The notes under the pieces are model-generated. The model ran no database searches, was not told the DNA's origin, and was given only the letters and a program-made list of their open reading frames with translations. Position numbers and translations under genes: made by a program. Below, piece by piece: positions 42,548-51,684 of a DNA stretch of 64,000 nt (its first letter is position 1; each line of letters begins with the position of its first letter). Source of the DNA: Candidatus Zixiibacteriota bacterium (GTDB lineage: Bacteria > Zixibacteria > MSB-5A5 > GN15 > JACZUZ01); contig JAJRPM010000015.1 in the NCBI GenBank assembly GCA_024280775.1, positions 4,599 through 68,598 on the forward strand, read 5' to 3'.

Positions 42548-43090
42548 CTATACACTGACTGCTTCGTGTCTTGCTGACGTTTTCTTTGACTGTGTTTCTA
42601 TTGTATCTGAAGCAAACAGTGGTTGGCAAACCGAATGACGCGAGTTGGCCAACACCAGTTGCTTGGCTTGTTTGGTGTTTGTGTTTATTACAATTGGTCC
42701 CTGAAGATTGGCTGTCATTTTTCGCGGATCTCCGGGGGCTGTGACTATTACAAAGGTTTCTACTTCTGAGCCGTCAATTACACCGATGTCCTCAACTTCT
42801 CTGGGATTGACTTCAATACTGTAGTCCTCGAAAAACAACGCAGGGTTAATCATCAGGAAAGCCAGCTCAGGCTCATCCACGGCTTGTAGCCAAATAAACG
42901 GCGCCATTTCCTCATTCTCAACGAGGATGAAGCGCTTGTAGTTTTCAAATCCTAAGACCGGTTTTTCCAAGTCGATGATTCGGTCCACTCCGACTTTCAA
43001 ATCTCCGAATCGTGTAGTTACCACTACTTTGATTAGCATCTCTGATACATCACCTGTAGCGGTTTGTGTGTTTTCTTTCAACATTCTCAT
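42548..43090 (-). CDS. fliW: Flagellar assembly factor FliW (CsrA antagonist)
   Basis: TTRFG, GFE, WLQ, MTANLQGPIVIN, KQLVL. Confidence 0.93.
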   Translation of the reverse strand: MRMLKENTQTATGDVSEMLIKVVVTTRFGDLKVGVDRIIDLEKPVLGFENYKRFILVENEEMAPFIWLQAVDEPELAFLMINPALFFEDYSIEVNPREVEDIGVIDGSEVETFVIVTAPGDPRKMTANLQGPIVINTNTKQAKQLVLANSRHSVCQPLFASDTIETQSKKTSARHEAVSV

Positions 43091-43112
43091 ATCCTATATG
43101 TTGTCGCTGTAT

Positions 43113-45047
43113 TTATCTCAGAAAGTCCAATAATGACGGTTGTATTATCTTTGCTGACGCTATTAGTCCTGCGCGATAGTTATTTTCATGCGATGCTAGT
43201 TTTGTCACCAGCTCAGTAATGTCTGCGTCTTCAATCTCACTCATTTGCCTGATAGCTTCGAACTCGGTGTTGCCTAATTGGGCAGCTGTCGCATCGAGCC
43301 TTTTTTGCTTTGAGCCGATACCACCACGCAGGTTCAACAACTCACTCATGCCGGCCTTGATGACTGCCATAACTTTATCCAAGTCATCTTTGCTGATACT
43401 GTCGGCGCCGGTCTTCTCAAGCTCGTGCTTGAGTAGTATCATCGAGCCGACTAAATCCGCCGCACCGAAGATTCCCAGAGCGCTAGCTGTATCTGTGTTG
43501 TCAGCATTTTCTACAGTGAATGAATCAGTCGGACTATTGGAGATTATTTGAATACCCCCATTTGTTGCATTGATTGATGCAGTCACATTCAATCCGCTGG
43601 TATTGATAGCGTTTAGTGCATCCCCTACCGTTACGATTGTCGGGGCTGAAAGATCGACTATTCGTGAATCCATGCCTTGGGTAAGTTTGATTGACCCGAG
43701 AGTCAGGTCGTTTGCATTGTTTAACCTTGAGAGTGGTGTATTCAATGTCAGATTCGCATTTACATCAGTTCCTGCCATCTCGCCTACGAAAGATCCGGCA
43801 ATCCCCAGGTTAGCGGCAGTTGAGCCAGCGCCTTCGGCGATTGTGAATGCATCGGCGGGAACTAGCGCACCACCGCTAAGAGTCGGTGCTGCAAGACCTG
43901 CTATACCTAGACTGGAGGCTCCGGTTGAGCCTGTGTTGTTTTCGAACACTAAATCCAATGGAGTTCCATTGGTGTCAGTTATATCTATTCCTGTTCCGGC
44001 AGAATTGATTGCGGCGGTCACATTGCTGACACCGTTTGAAGCTAGTTGAGTGTTTATGGCCCCAATGATATCACCTAGTGTGCTTGAACCGGAGGCGTCG
44101 ATTTGGAAGTCAATAGCCCCGGATTGACTGCGCACGTGAATTCCGCCTTGCAGATCTACTCCGGCGCCACCATTTAGGTTGGCCACCGAGGTGGTCAAAG
44201 ACACTTGCCCTGTGGGCGTGGCCTTGAAGACTATATTGTTACTTCCACCGATACTGGCCGTTAGGTTTGTTATCCCTCCGGCGGTTAGGGCATTGTTTAT
44301 TTGTGTAATAGCATCATTAACGGTAGTCGGCGCTGATGGGACGCTTAAATCTATGGCAACAGTGACACCCAGGTTGTCATCAGTGACGCTGAAGGTATTT
44401 ATGTCCACCCCTGTTCCACCCTGCAGGTCCGCTAGTAGTGTTGCTCCGTCAATTCCAACCTGTAAATCGCTGTCGGAGCCCTGAATCGACAAGCGCTTCA
44501 AAAGTGTTTCCTGCGCATTCAAGTTCATCTGAACAGTGACACCATCATCAATCTCGACAGACATCGCCCCATTATCGCCGACATATCTGATTCCATCGGG
44601 TGAGTTTATTATTGGCGAGGTATCGGTGCGGTGCCCGGCAAAGACTTTTCTGCCGTTTTGCTCGGTGTTGACCAATTGGAGCATACGCTCAATTACAGAT
44701 TCTACTTCATTGAGAAACGCAGGCCTAGCTTCCGGGGAATCATTGCTTTCGTTTGAGACAGCCAGCGCTATGTCCATTGTCTGTCGCGCGAGGTTGTTCA
44801 TATCGGTCAGGATAGTTTCATAACCTGCCAATTGGCTACCACCCAGGCTGATATTGGTATTGAATTGCTCAATGCGTGATAGCTGACTGCGAAACTCCAA
44901 TGTTCTTTGCAAGCCAAGTGGATCATCGGACGGACGGTTCATACGTTTACCGGTCGTCATCTTCTCCTGAATATCCATAAACGCAGAAAGAGAACGTTGT
45001 AGATTCACCAAAGTCAGATTGGCTATCATGTTATTTGTTACACGCAT
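43113..45047 (-). CDS. flgL: Flagellar hook-associated protein 3 (enlarged)
   Basis: MRVTNNM, TGKRMNRPSDDP, IEDADI, KIIQPSLLDFLR. Confidence 0.93.
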   Translation of the reverse strand: MRVTNNMIANLTLVNLQRSLSAFMDIQEKMTTGKRMNRPSDDPLGLQRTLEFRSQLSRIEQFNTNISLGGSQLAGYETILTDMNNLARQTMDIALAVSNESNDSPEARPAFLNEVESVIERMLQLVNTEQNGRKVFAGHRTDTSPIINSPDGIRYVGDNGAMSVEIDDGVTVQMNLNAQETLLKRLSIQGSDSDLQVGIDGATLLADLQGGTGVDINTFSVTDDNLGVTVAIDLSVPSAPTTVNDAITQINNALTAGGITNLTASIGGSNNIVFKATPTGQVSLTTSVANLNGGAGVDLQGGIHVRSQSGAIDFQIDASGSSTLGDIIGAINTQLASNGVSNVTAAINSAGTGIDITDTNGTPLDLVFENNTGSTGASSLGIAGLAAPTLSGGALVPADAFTIAEGAGSTAANLGIAGSFVGEMAGTDVNANLTLNTPLSRLNNANDLTLGSIKLTQGMDSRIVDLSAPTIVTVGDALNAINTSGLNVTASINATNGGIQIISNSPTDSFTVENADNTDTASALGIFGAADLVGSMILLKHELEKTGADSISKDDLDKVMAVIKAGMSELLNLRGGIGSKQKRLDATAAQLGNTEFEAIRQMSEIEDADITELVTKLASHENNYRAGLIASAKIIQPSLLDFLR

Positions 45048-45085
45048 TGTTTTACCTGTATTGAGGCTAGACGGATTATCTTGAT

Positions 45086-45259
45086 TTAGTCTTCGTGGTA
45101 GACAAAACCGGAGTCGTATCCGTTTTTCTTAAAACGCTCCATGATTGTCTCACGCTTGCGCCGTTTGTCATTGTCATCTTGCTTGCGCCTGCGGTCATCT
45201 TTATTATCCTCCGCGCTTTGCGAATCACGACCGTCAAGCTTGCTTTTCTTCCCAAACAT
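45086..45259 (-). CDS. Unlisted 57-aa highly charged protein, in frame with csrA
   Basis: Hand translation MFGKKSKLDGRDSQSAEDNKDDRRRKQDDNDKRRKRETIMERFKKNGYDSGFVYHED*; GGGAG RBS 8 nt upstream; fills the csrA-flgL gap. Confidence 0.6.
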   Translation of the reverse strand: MFGKKSKLDGRDSQSAEDNKDDRRRKQDDNDKRRKRETIMERFKKNGYDSGFVYHED

Positions 45260-45277
45260 TCTCGTATCTCCCGTTAC

Positions 45278-45598
45278 TTACTTTTGCTTGCCTCTGTCCT
45301 CGGCTCCCGGGTTGTTGCGCTTGCCTTTTTTCAGCGAGACTCGCGCTTTGTCGGACGTTGAACCTGTAATTTTCCCTTTGAGCGAGGAAACCACACTCAG
45401 GATGTCATCCTTAAGTGTCTTCGAGGCTTTACGGTTTTCCTCTTGAATCTTGACATAGATTTCCTCTCGATGTACGATTACATCAAGAGGAGCATCAACT
45501 CCCAAACGAACCTGTCGACCATATACGCCAAGCACAGTGACTTTGATATTGTCACCGATGGTGATTGACTCACCCAACTTCCGTGTTAAAATCAGCAC
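45278..45598 (-). CDS. csrA: Carbon storage regulator CsrA with C-terminal extension
   Basis: [38 protein letters not shown]; GGAGG RBS before GTG. Confidence 0.96.
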   Translation of the reverse strand: MLILTRKLGESITIGDNIKVTVLGVYGRQVRLGVDAPLDVIVHREEIYVKIQEENRKASKTLKDDILSVVSSLKGKITGSTSDKARVSLKKGKRNNPGAEDRGKQK

Positions 45599-45715
45599 CT
45601 CACCCTCCGTGGTGGTTTGCCGTTATCGTTTGAATTGCAACTTCTGCAATTCGCTGTTTATTGTAATGCTAAATCTATTTGCTACTTTGTTTATTACTCT
45701 GTATTAGGATGCGCT

Positions 45716-47125
45716 CTATCTACCAACGATACCCATAGTCTTGATTACTGTTTCGAATGCTTGATCTACGGTAGTGATAACACGCGCGGCGGCGTCATAT
45801 GCATGTTGCGCTTTGATTAGATTGGTCATCTCTTCGTCAAGCGACACACCCTGCACTGCTTCTTTGCTTGCGGTTATCTGCTCTACTACTAGCTGGAAGT
45901 TAGCGCGGAAATTCTTAGCCTGGCGTGTCTCAACACCTACTCCGCCAACCATTGCTCCATAGAATTCGTTGAAAGTTCGAGAACCACCACCCAAGAGACG
46001 AGTTGAACGCATTCTTGATAGCGCCAACGCATTTGAGGCGTCACCGGGCTCGCCGGATTGCGATGCCGCGATTAATGACACATCGTTAAGCACACCGATA
46101 TCAACCGCAAACGTTTGGGCGCTCACTGAGGCAGGGTCAAAGAAATTGTTTCCTGTTGGAGCGTTCGCCGCTCCAGCGGACTTCAGTCCAAAACCGGTAG
46201 AATGCACTTTGTTAACTTCGGTCGCTATGGTGCGAGCCAATTCGTCCAGTTGATTGATGTATTTGGGAATGACTTCATCCCTTGTTTCAACGAGTCCTTT
46301 TATCTCACCGTTAAGGTTTTTTATCTTAACATCTGTCCCTTTCAGAACAATTGAACTCTTTTGCCGACCATTTATGGTTTCGGTCTTGGTGGCAATTTCA
46401 TATTGGACGTTGCCATCCACTAGCGCCATGCTACCTATGTAGACACGCGCGGCGCCATTGGTGTCCTCTACCACATTGACATCCACCAAATCTGAGAGCT
46501 TGTCTATCAGCAGGTCTCTTCTGTCACGAATATCGTTGGCCCGGTTTCCACCTAGCTCCATGCGTGCAACTTGTTGATTGAGGTCTGCTATTTCAGAGCT
46601 GAGTCGATTAACTTCACCTACACGATTACCTAGATCACGATCCACTGAGTCTCGCAAAGAGTTTAGCTGAGCGCTGAGCTGTCTGAAATCATTGGTGAGT
46701 GTCACTGCTTTGGCGACTATGTCGGTGCGAGCGGTATTTGACTCCGGCGCATTTTCGAGTTGGGCAAAAGAGTTGAAAAGATCATCCAGATGGGTTCTCA
46801 GTGAAGTCTCTCCCGGCTCGTTAAACATGGTTTCCATTTGAGAAACTATCTTTTCACGAAACTGCCATCTGCCAAGTGACTTGTTTTCTTGACGCAACTG
46901 ATCCCCCAAGAACAAATCACGCACTTGCCTGATATCCTGAACCTGCACACCCGTGCCTATCAGCCCGAGGCCGGTTTTCAACGGTTGTGACGCCGCCAGA
47001 CTAACCCTTTGCCGTGAGTATCCTGGAGTGTTTACATTGGCGATGTTCTGGCCAATCGTACTTAGTGTCAACTGATGGCTTAGAAGAGCGCGTTTGCCGG
47101 CTTCTAATGTTTGGAAGAGACCCAT
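45716..47125 (-). CDS. flgK: Flagellar hook-associated protein 1
   Basis: NIANVNTPGYSRQ, DRRD.L, GVSLDEEM..L...Q.AY.AAAR. Confidence 0.95.
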   Translation of the reverse strand: MGLFQTLEAGKRALLSHQLTLSTIGQNIANVNTPGYSRQRVSLAASQPLKTGLGLIGTGVQVQDIRQVRDLFLGDQLRQENKSLGRWQFREKIVSQMETMFNEPGETSLRTHLDDLFNSFAQLENAPESNTARTDIVAKAVTLTNDFRQLSAQLNSLRDSVDRDLGNRVGEVNRLSSEIADLNQQVARMELGGNRANDIRDRRDLLIDKLSDLVDVNVVEDTNGAARVYIGSMALVDGNVQYEIATKTETINGRQKSSIVLKGTDVKIKNLNGEIKGLVETRDEVIPKYINQLDELARTIATEVNKVHSTGFGLKSAGAANAPTGNNFFDPASVSAQTFAVDIGVLNDVSLIAASQSGEPGDASNALALSRMRSTRLLGGGSRTFNEFYGAMVGGVGVETRQAKNFRANFQLVVEQITASKEAVQGVSLDEEMTNLIKAQHAYDAAARVITTVDQAFETVIKTMGIVGR

Positions 47126-47129
47126 ATTG

Positions 47130-47651
47130 CTATACTCTCCTATCCAATGTCAGGCTTAGTCGTCTTGCGCCTGCGCCTGTTCTAGTATGTGTCGCGCCTT
47201 TGGCGCTATATTCGGCGCCCTTTTGTGATGAATTGCCCATTCTGTTTATCATCTTGAGAGTCTCGGAGACTAACACACGTGATTTTTCAATTAGAAATGA
47301 ATTGCGCTGACGTCCTTCTTCGATCTTTTCATTTAGATCCAGAATAGTGTCACGCATCATACTCAACTGAGCGCCCTGCTCAGCTGAAACTGACTCCAGT
47401 AAACGACTCACTGTCACATCACCCTCAATATCATTTTGTCGGGCGACTTCCTGAATCAAATTGCGACGGCGTACATCCAGGATTCTACTAAACGCGAGTT
47501 TTTCTCTTTGCTCTGCTGTAACCTGGTTCAGACCGTCGATGTTATTTGTAACCAGCATTTCCTTCTGCCGGTCAAGCAAATCCAGGAAGGAGGCGAATAG
47601 TCCCGCCTCTTGATTCAATACTTGTATTAGTTCACTCACATCGACCGCCAT
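47130..47651 (-). CDS. flgN: Flagellar export chaperone FlgN
   Basis: Helical ~170-aa protein directly upstream of flgK; N..LI, Y...G, C-terminal LDRRV. Confidence 0.8.
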   Translation of the reverse strand: MAVDVSELIQVLNQEAGLFASFLDLLDRQKEMLVTNNIDGLNQVTAEQREKLAFSRILDVRRRNLIQEVARQNDIEGDVTVSRLLESVSAEQGAQLSMMRDTILDLNEKIEEGRQRNSFLIEKSRVLVSETLKMINRMGNSSQKGAEYSAKGATHTRTGAGARRLSLTLDRRV

Positions 47652-47775
47652 AATTGTTAACTCGTTTTTGTTCAATTTAGCCAGCGTAACGTCTTAACTA
47701 CGTCAGTCTTTGGCTGTAATATGGGTTTCGGCCCATATGGGGATGGCCCAATATGGGGAGTTTCCCCTACTTCTT

Positions 47776-47802
47776 GTGTCGGTAACTGCTTGACTTCCTT
47801 TA
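47776..47802 (-). promoter_or_regulatory. sigma28 promoter of the flgN-flgK-csrA-flgL-fliW operon
   Basis: Minus strand TAAA-N15-ACCGACAC. Confidence 0.7.
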
Positions 47803-47808
47803 GGTATT

Positions 47809-48207
47809 CTAGTCCTTAGCGCCTACTGCGCTTTGCCGGGCGCTCGCTTGCACATCGCTGGCGTGCTTCGTTTCTATTCTCTTGACGAGGTTTTGGTACA
47901 GAATATCAGCGAGTCCGCCGCGAGAACCATCGGCCATTTTGCGCGATAGTTCCTCGTCGAACATTGATTGATAGATATCTTTACCCAGTCCAGAATCACC
48001 TACTCCCTGCTCTGACTCAACTTTGGGAATTGTTTGGCGCATAGATTTCAACATTGAAGACATGAAAAACGCCTCAAATTCATGAGTCGCTTTCTTTAAC
48101 TTGACTTTGTCCCGCTCCAATTCACTGAGCTCAACTTTCTTTGGAAGCAGAGCTTTTTGTTTTGATTCATTGAGCTGAATCACTGGAGTGTTTTGAATTG
48201 GCTTCAT
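47809..48207 (-). CDS. flgJ: Rod-binding FlgJ (N-terminal domain only)
   Basis: LKKATHEFEAFF..MLKSMR, MFDEELS, GLADILY; no muramidase domain. Confidence 0.88.
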   Translation of the reverse strand: MKPIQNTPVIQLNESKQKALLPKKVELSELERDKVKLKKATHEFEAFFMSSMLKSMRQTIPKVESEQGVGDSGLGKDIYQSMFDEELSRKMADGSRGGLADILYQNLVKRIETKHASDVQASARQSAVGAKD

Positions 48208-48236
48208 AATAACTTTCTCAGTTACGCAATCTTCAA

Positions 48237-49403
48237 CTACAGAATCACTAACTCAGCTCGAAGCGCTCCGGCTTGTTTCAAGGCCTGGAAGATTGCTATG
48301 ATATCTCGCGGGGCGGCTCCGATAGTGTTCAACGCCTGCGCAACATCCGCAATCGAAACAGCTTCATCCATGTACATTACACGCGCCGTTTCATCCTGAA
48401 TCGAAATCTGAGACTCGGAAGTGACTACTGTCTCGCCTTGCGAGAACGGTTCCGGTTGTGAAATAACCGGTGTCCTTTGAATGTTTACCGTTATGGTTCC
48501 ATGAGCTATTGCAACCGGAGCTATTGAAACATGCTCTCCTGCTACGATGGTGCCGGTTTTTTCATTGATTACCACTCTGGCGGCTACATCCGGATTCACT
48601 CTAAGTTGACCCACCGTTGAGATGAACTTGATTCTCTCGTTTGGTCCGCTTAGTGAATCAGGTAGATCGATGCGAATGTTTGCATCATCAAGTGGAAACG
48701 CTACGTCACCATAGATCAGGTTAATTTTTTGCGCTACTCGCGAGGAGGTCGTGAAGTCCGGAGAATTCAAAGTGAGACCGATTTCATTCGCGGTTTGGAC
48801 TCCCTCGATAGGTTGCGGCAGTTTTGCAGTTATTCTTGCCCCATTAGGCACACGACCCACGAGTGTGTAATTATTAACGATTCGGTTGCCGTCATCTACT
48901 GAGACATTAAAGCCACCAATGGATACTGGTCCTTGCGCGATGCCGTAGGTTACTCCTGTTACATCTGAGAGCGGCGTTAAGAGAAGCGTACCTCCCTGCA
49001 ACGACGTTGCATCACCAATCGAGCTTACTGTCACATCCACCAGCGAACCTGGCTTGGTGGTGTTGCTGACCCTTGAAGTCACAATGACAGAGGCTACATT
49101 TTTGACCTTGATAATATTAGGATCTACTGTCAAGCCCATGCGCTCAATCATATTGGCAAGTGATTGCGTTGTGAAAGTTGCGCTTTTGCCATCACCACTA
49201 CCGTCGAGACCGATTATTAGTCCGTATCCGATAAGGTCTATTGTCTGTTGGTTTTTTATTGAAACGATATCTTTGATACGCACAGATGCATTAGCTGTAG
49301 CGCTGGCAACTATCACTATTGCGGATACTATCAATGTTATGGTTTTCATTCTCCGTTTCATACGGCTCTTTCGGTCTTGCGATTGTTCCATCGTGGTTAT
49401 CAT
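48237..49403 (-). CDS. flgI: Flagellar P-ring protein
   Basis: RIKDI, GYGLIIGLDGSGD, SLQGGTL, INEKTGTIV, QALKQAGALRAEL. Confidence 0.96.
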   Translation of the reverse strand: MITTMEQSQDRKSRMKRRMKTITLIVSAIVIVASATANASVRIKDIVSIKNQQTIDLIGYGLIIGLDGSGDGKSATFTTQSLANMIERMGLTVDPNIIKVKNVASVIVTSRVSNTTKPGSLVDVTVSSIGDATSLQGGTLLLTPLSDVTGVTYGIAQGPVSIGGFNVSVDDGNRIVNNYTLVGRVPNGARITAKLPQPIEGVQTANEIGLTLNSPDFTTSSRVAQKINLIYGDVAFPLDDANIRIDLPDSLSGPNERIKFISTVGQLRVNPDVAARVVINEKTGTIVAGEHVSIAPVAIAHGTITVNIQRTPVISQPEPFSQGETVVTSESQISIQDETARVMYMDEAVSIADVAQALNTIGAAPRDIIAIFQALKQAGALRAELVIL

Positions 49404-49421
49404 CGTGTGTTCTTCTCTTCT

Positions 49422-50009
49422 CTAGAACAACCACCCCAAGACACGAGAAACAATCCCCGGCTTGGTGGCATGTTGACTGGGACCAACTCCGTCATAGGTA
49501 ATTGTCGCATCTGCTATCAAATATGAATCGACTGTGTTATCGGCTTTAACATCACGTCTGCGCACAACGCCGTCTAGAGTCATTGTTTCAGTATTGGGTC
49601 CCACACCAACGCTACGAGAACCCTGGATAACTAAATCGCCGTTGGACTTTAGACCCACCACAGTAACCGTCATTTTGCCTCGCAATGATTGATTTTTTCG
49701 CACCTCACCCTTGCCGTCGTATGCGTGGGAATTCTTGGTACTCATTCCAAATAGTGGAATAAAATCCAAGACTCCGGTGCCCGGGCTACCACTGACAGAC
49801 GCATCAACAGTTTCTTCATTGATGGTTTTTGATCGATTGGTTGCATTCGTCAGTTCAAAAATCAGAACCGTTAGGTTGTCACCTATATTGGTGGCTTTGA
49901 TGTCGGTGAATAATGATTGCGAACTACCGAAGTCTGAGCCGAAAACCTTCACAGTAAATGGCAACAACGTCAAAACTGCCGCCAGCAATAGTATTCTTCC
50001 TAATTTCAT
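49422..50009 (-). CDS. flgH: Flagellar L-ring protein
   Basis: SLFTDIKA..IGD.LTV, NGDL.I.G, GVVR..D, IADA.I.Y.G. Confidence 0.92.
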   Translation of the reverse strand: MKLGRILLLAAVLTLLPFTVKVFGSDFGSSQSLFTDIKATNIGDNLTVLIFELTNATNRSKTINEETVDASVSGSPGTGVLDFIPLFGMSTKNSHAYDGKGEVRKNQSLRGKMTVTVVGLKSNGDLVIQGSRSVGVGPNTETMTLDGVVRRRDVKADNTVDSYLIADATITYDGVGPSQHATKPGIVSRVLGWLF

Positions 50010-50014
50010 AGTGA

Positions 50015-50812
50015 CTACCTGCTCCCGGCGCCTGGCGCCATTAGTGACACAATGCCGACTCCGGATATTGTGCCTGTTATGATTTTCTGCGAGGACAGAT
50101 TCTTGACGCGAATTGTTTCACCGACGATACCTTTGCCCAGCGACCTGCCGCGCATTTGCAAAAGCAATCCACCTCTTTGATATTTGATTACCACTTCATC
50201 GCCGGGCAGAATATCAGGAATGTCTTCCAGCATTTCTGCGGTCATGATTGCTCCGACTCGCGCCACCCTGCGAAATTGTTTGTTGTCCAGTTCAGAGCGC
50301 GACTTCAGCGGCGTTTCAATTATCTTCGTGATATCGCTAAATTCACTTTTGGGTTTAGATACTATTCCGGGTTGACCGCGTCTCGCGGATGAGCCAATTA
50401 CTAGTACCGAATCAAATCTCTGGGCATAGAGGGTAACTTGCCCGTGAATTTCTGTTCCATCAGACTGATGCAAATACGCTACTATCGGATACAGACCCTT
50501 CGGTGGCGTTGTCAGCAGTAATCGTACGCCAACTGAATCCAACTCTATTCCTTCAATTGCGCTTTCTGCAAAAGAATTCCGATGGACTGTGAAGACACAG
50601 TGCATTCTGTCGACTTTTGTGTCGATGTACACTTGATCGATGATTTCAGTCTCAAGAGCGTTCATGGTCAGCTCGCTCTTTGCGATTGTGGGCAATGCCA
50701 CCAGCGCCAATTGCAGAGCAATAATCAGTAGGAGGGTGAGGCGTTTGTACAGACTTGGGATGTGACTTTCCTGCTGTTGGCGCCTTGCGTTGATTTCAGT
50801 TGATGTAATCAT
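50015..50812 (-). CDS. flgA: P-ring formation chaperone
   Basis: SAF-like C-terminus GD.V.I, G..GETIRVKNLSSQKII; position between flgG and flgH. Confidence 0.85.
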   Translation of the reverse strand: MITSTEINARRQQQESHIPSLYKRLTLLLIIALQLALVALPTIAKSELTMNALETEIIDQVYIDTKVDRMHCVFTVHRNSFAESAIEGIELDSVGVRLLLTTPPKGLYPIVAYLHQSDGTEIHGQVTLYAQRFDSVLVIGSSARRGQPGIVSKPKSEFSDITKIIETPLKSRSELDNKQFRRVARVGAIMTAEMLEDIPDILPGDEVVIKYQRGGLLLQMRGRSLGKGIVGETIRVKNLSSQKIITGTISGVGIVSLMAPGAGSR

Positions 50813-50833
50813 TTGGTTCGTCTCGCTAAGAGG

Positions 50834-51622
50834 TTAGCGTTTAAGATTATTCGCTATTTGCGTCATGTCTTCACTGGTTTGAATAGCCTTGGAGTTAATC
50901 TCGTAGGCTCGTTGCGCGATAATCATATTGACCATCTCATCGACTACTTCGACATTAGAAACTTCCAAAGTTCCCTGGTCTATTCTTCCCATTCCATCAA
51001 GCGTCGGTGTGCCGGTGATTGCCTGCCCTGACGCGGCGGTTGTGATAAATAGATTGTGTCCAACAGCGCTTAATCCTGCGGGGTTAATGAACCTCGCTAG
51101 TTCAATTTGCCCCAGTGATTGCGGATCCTGATTTCCAGGAACTAAAACAGTGACCTCGCCGTCAAGGCCGATTGCTATTGAGCTCGCGTCCTGCGGAATC
51201 GTGATGTCCGGAGTCAAAAAGAATCCATCACTGGTGACAAATTGTCCATCAGCGCTGATTTTGAATGCTCCATCACGTGTGTAGCCGGTTGAACCGTCGG
51301 GCATTCTTATTTGAAAGAACCCATTGCCGGAAATTGCCAAATCCAACGGATTGCCGGTGGCATTCAAGTCACCCGGGGAATAGTCACGAACTGTTGCGAC
51401 CGCTCGGGCGCCATATCCAACCGCTAGATTTGTCGGGGCTTTTGAACCAACTGATGTAACCGATCCGGCCCTGCGATAGTTTTGATACAGCACATCCTGA
51501 AACTCCACCTTGGAACGCTTGAACCCTGTGGTGTTAACGTTTGCAAGGTTGTTGGAGATATTATCAACATTCAACTGCTGGGCCACCATACCTGAGGCCG
51601 CTGTGCGCATTGCCTTAATCAT
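50834..51622 (-). CDS. flgG: Flagellar basal-body rod protein
   Basis: NNLANVNTTGFK, YTRDG, SNVEVVDEMVNMI.AQRAYEINSK. Confidence 0.96.
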   Translation of the reverse strand: MIKAMRTAASGMVAQQLNVDNISNNLANVNTTGFKRSKVEFQDVLYQNYRRAGSVTSVGSKAPTNLAVGYGARAVATVRDYSPGDLNATGNPLDLAISGNGFFQIRMPDGSTGYTRDGAFKISADGQFVTSDGFFLTPDITIPQDASSIAIGLDGEVTVLVPGNQDPQSLGQIELARFINPAGLSAVGHNLFITTAASGQAITGTPTLDGMGRIDQGTLEVSNVEVVDEMVNMIIAQRAYEINSKAIQTSEDMTQIANNLKR

Positions 51623-51684
51623 TATCTTTACTGCTCCTGTCTATAACTTTTCCGTACTCTACAGCCATAATCTACAACCATATT

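Noticed and set aside
47809-48207. Short flgJ as a truncated pseudogene
   Set aside because: Single-domain rod-binding FlgJ is a known normal form in many phyla, and the ORF is intact.
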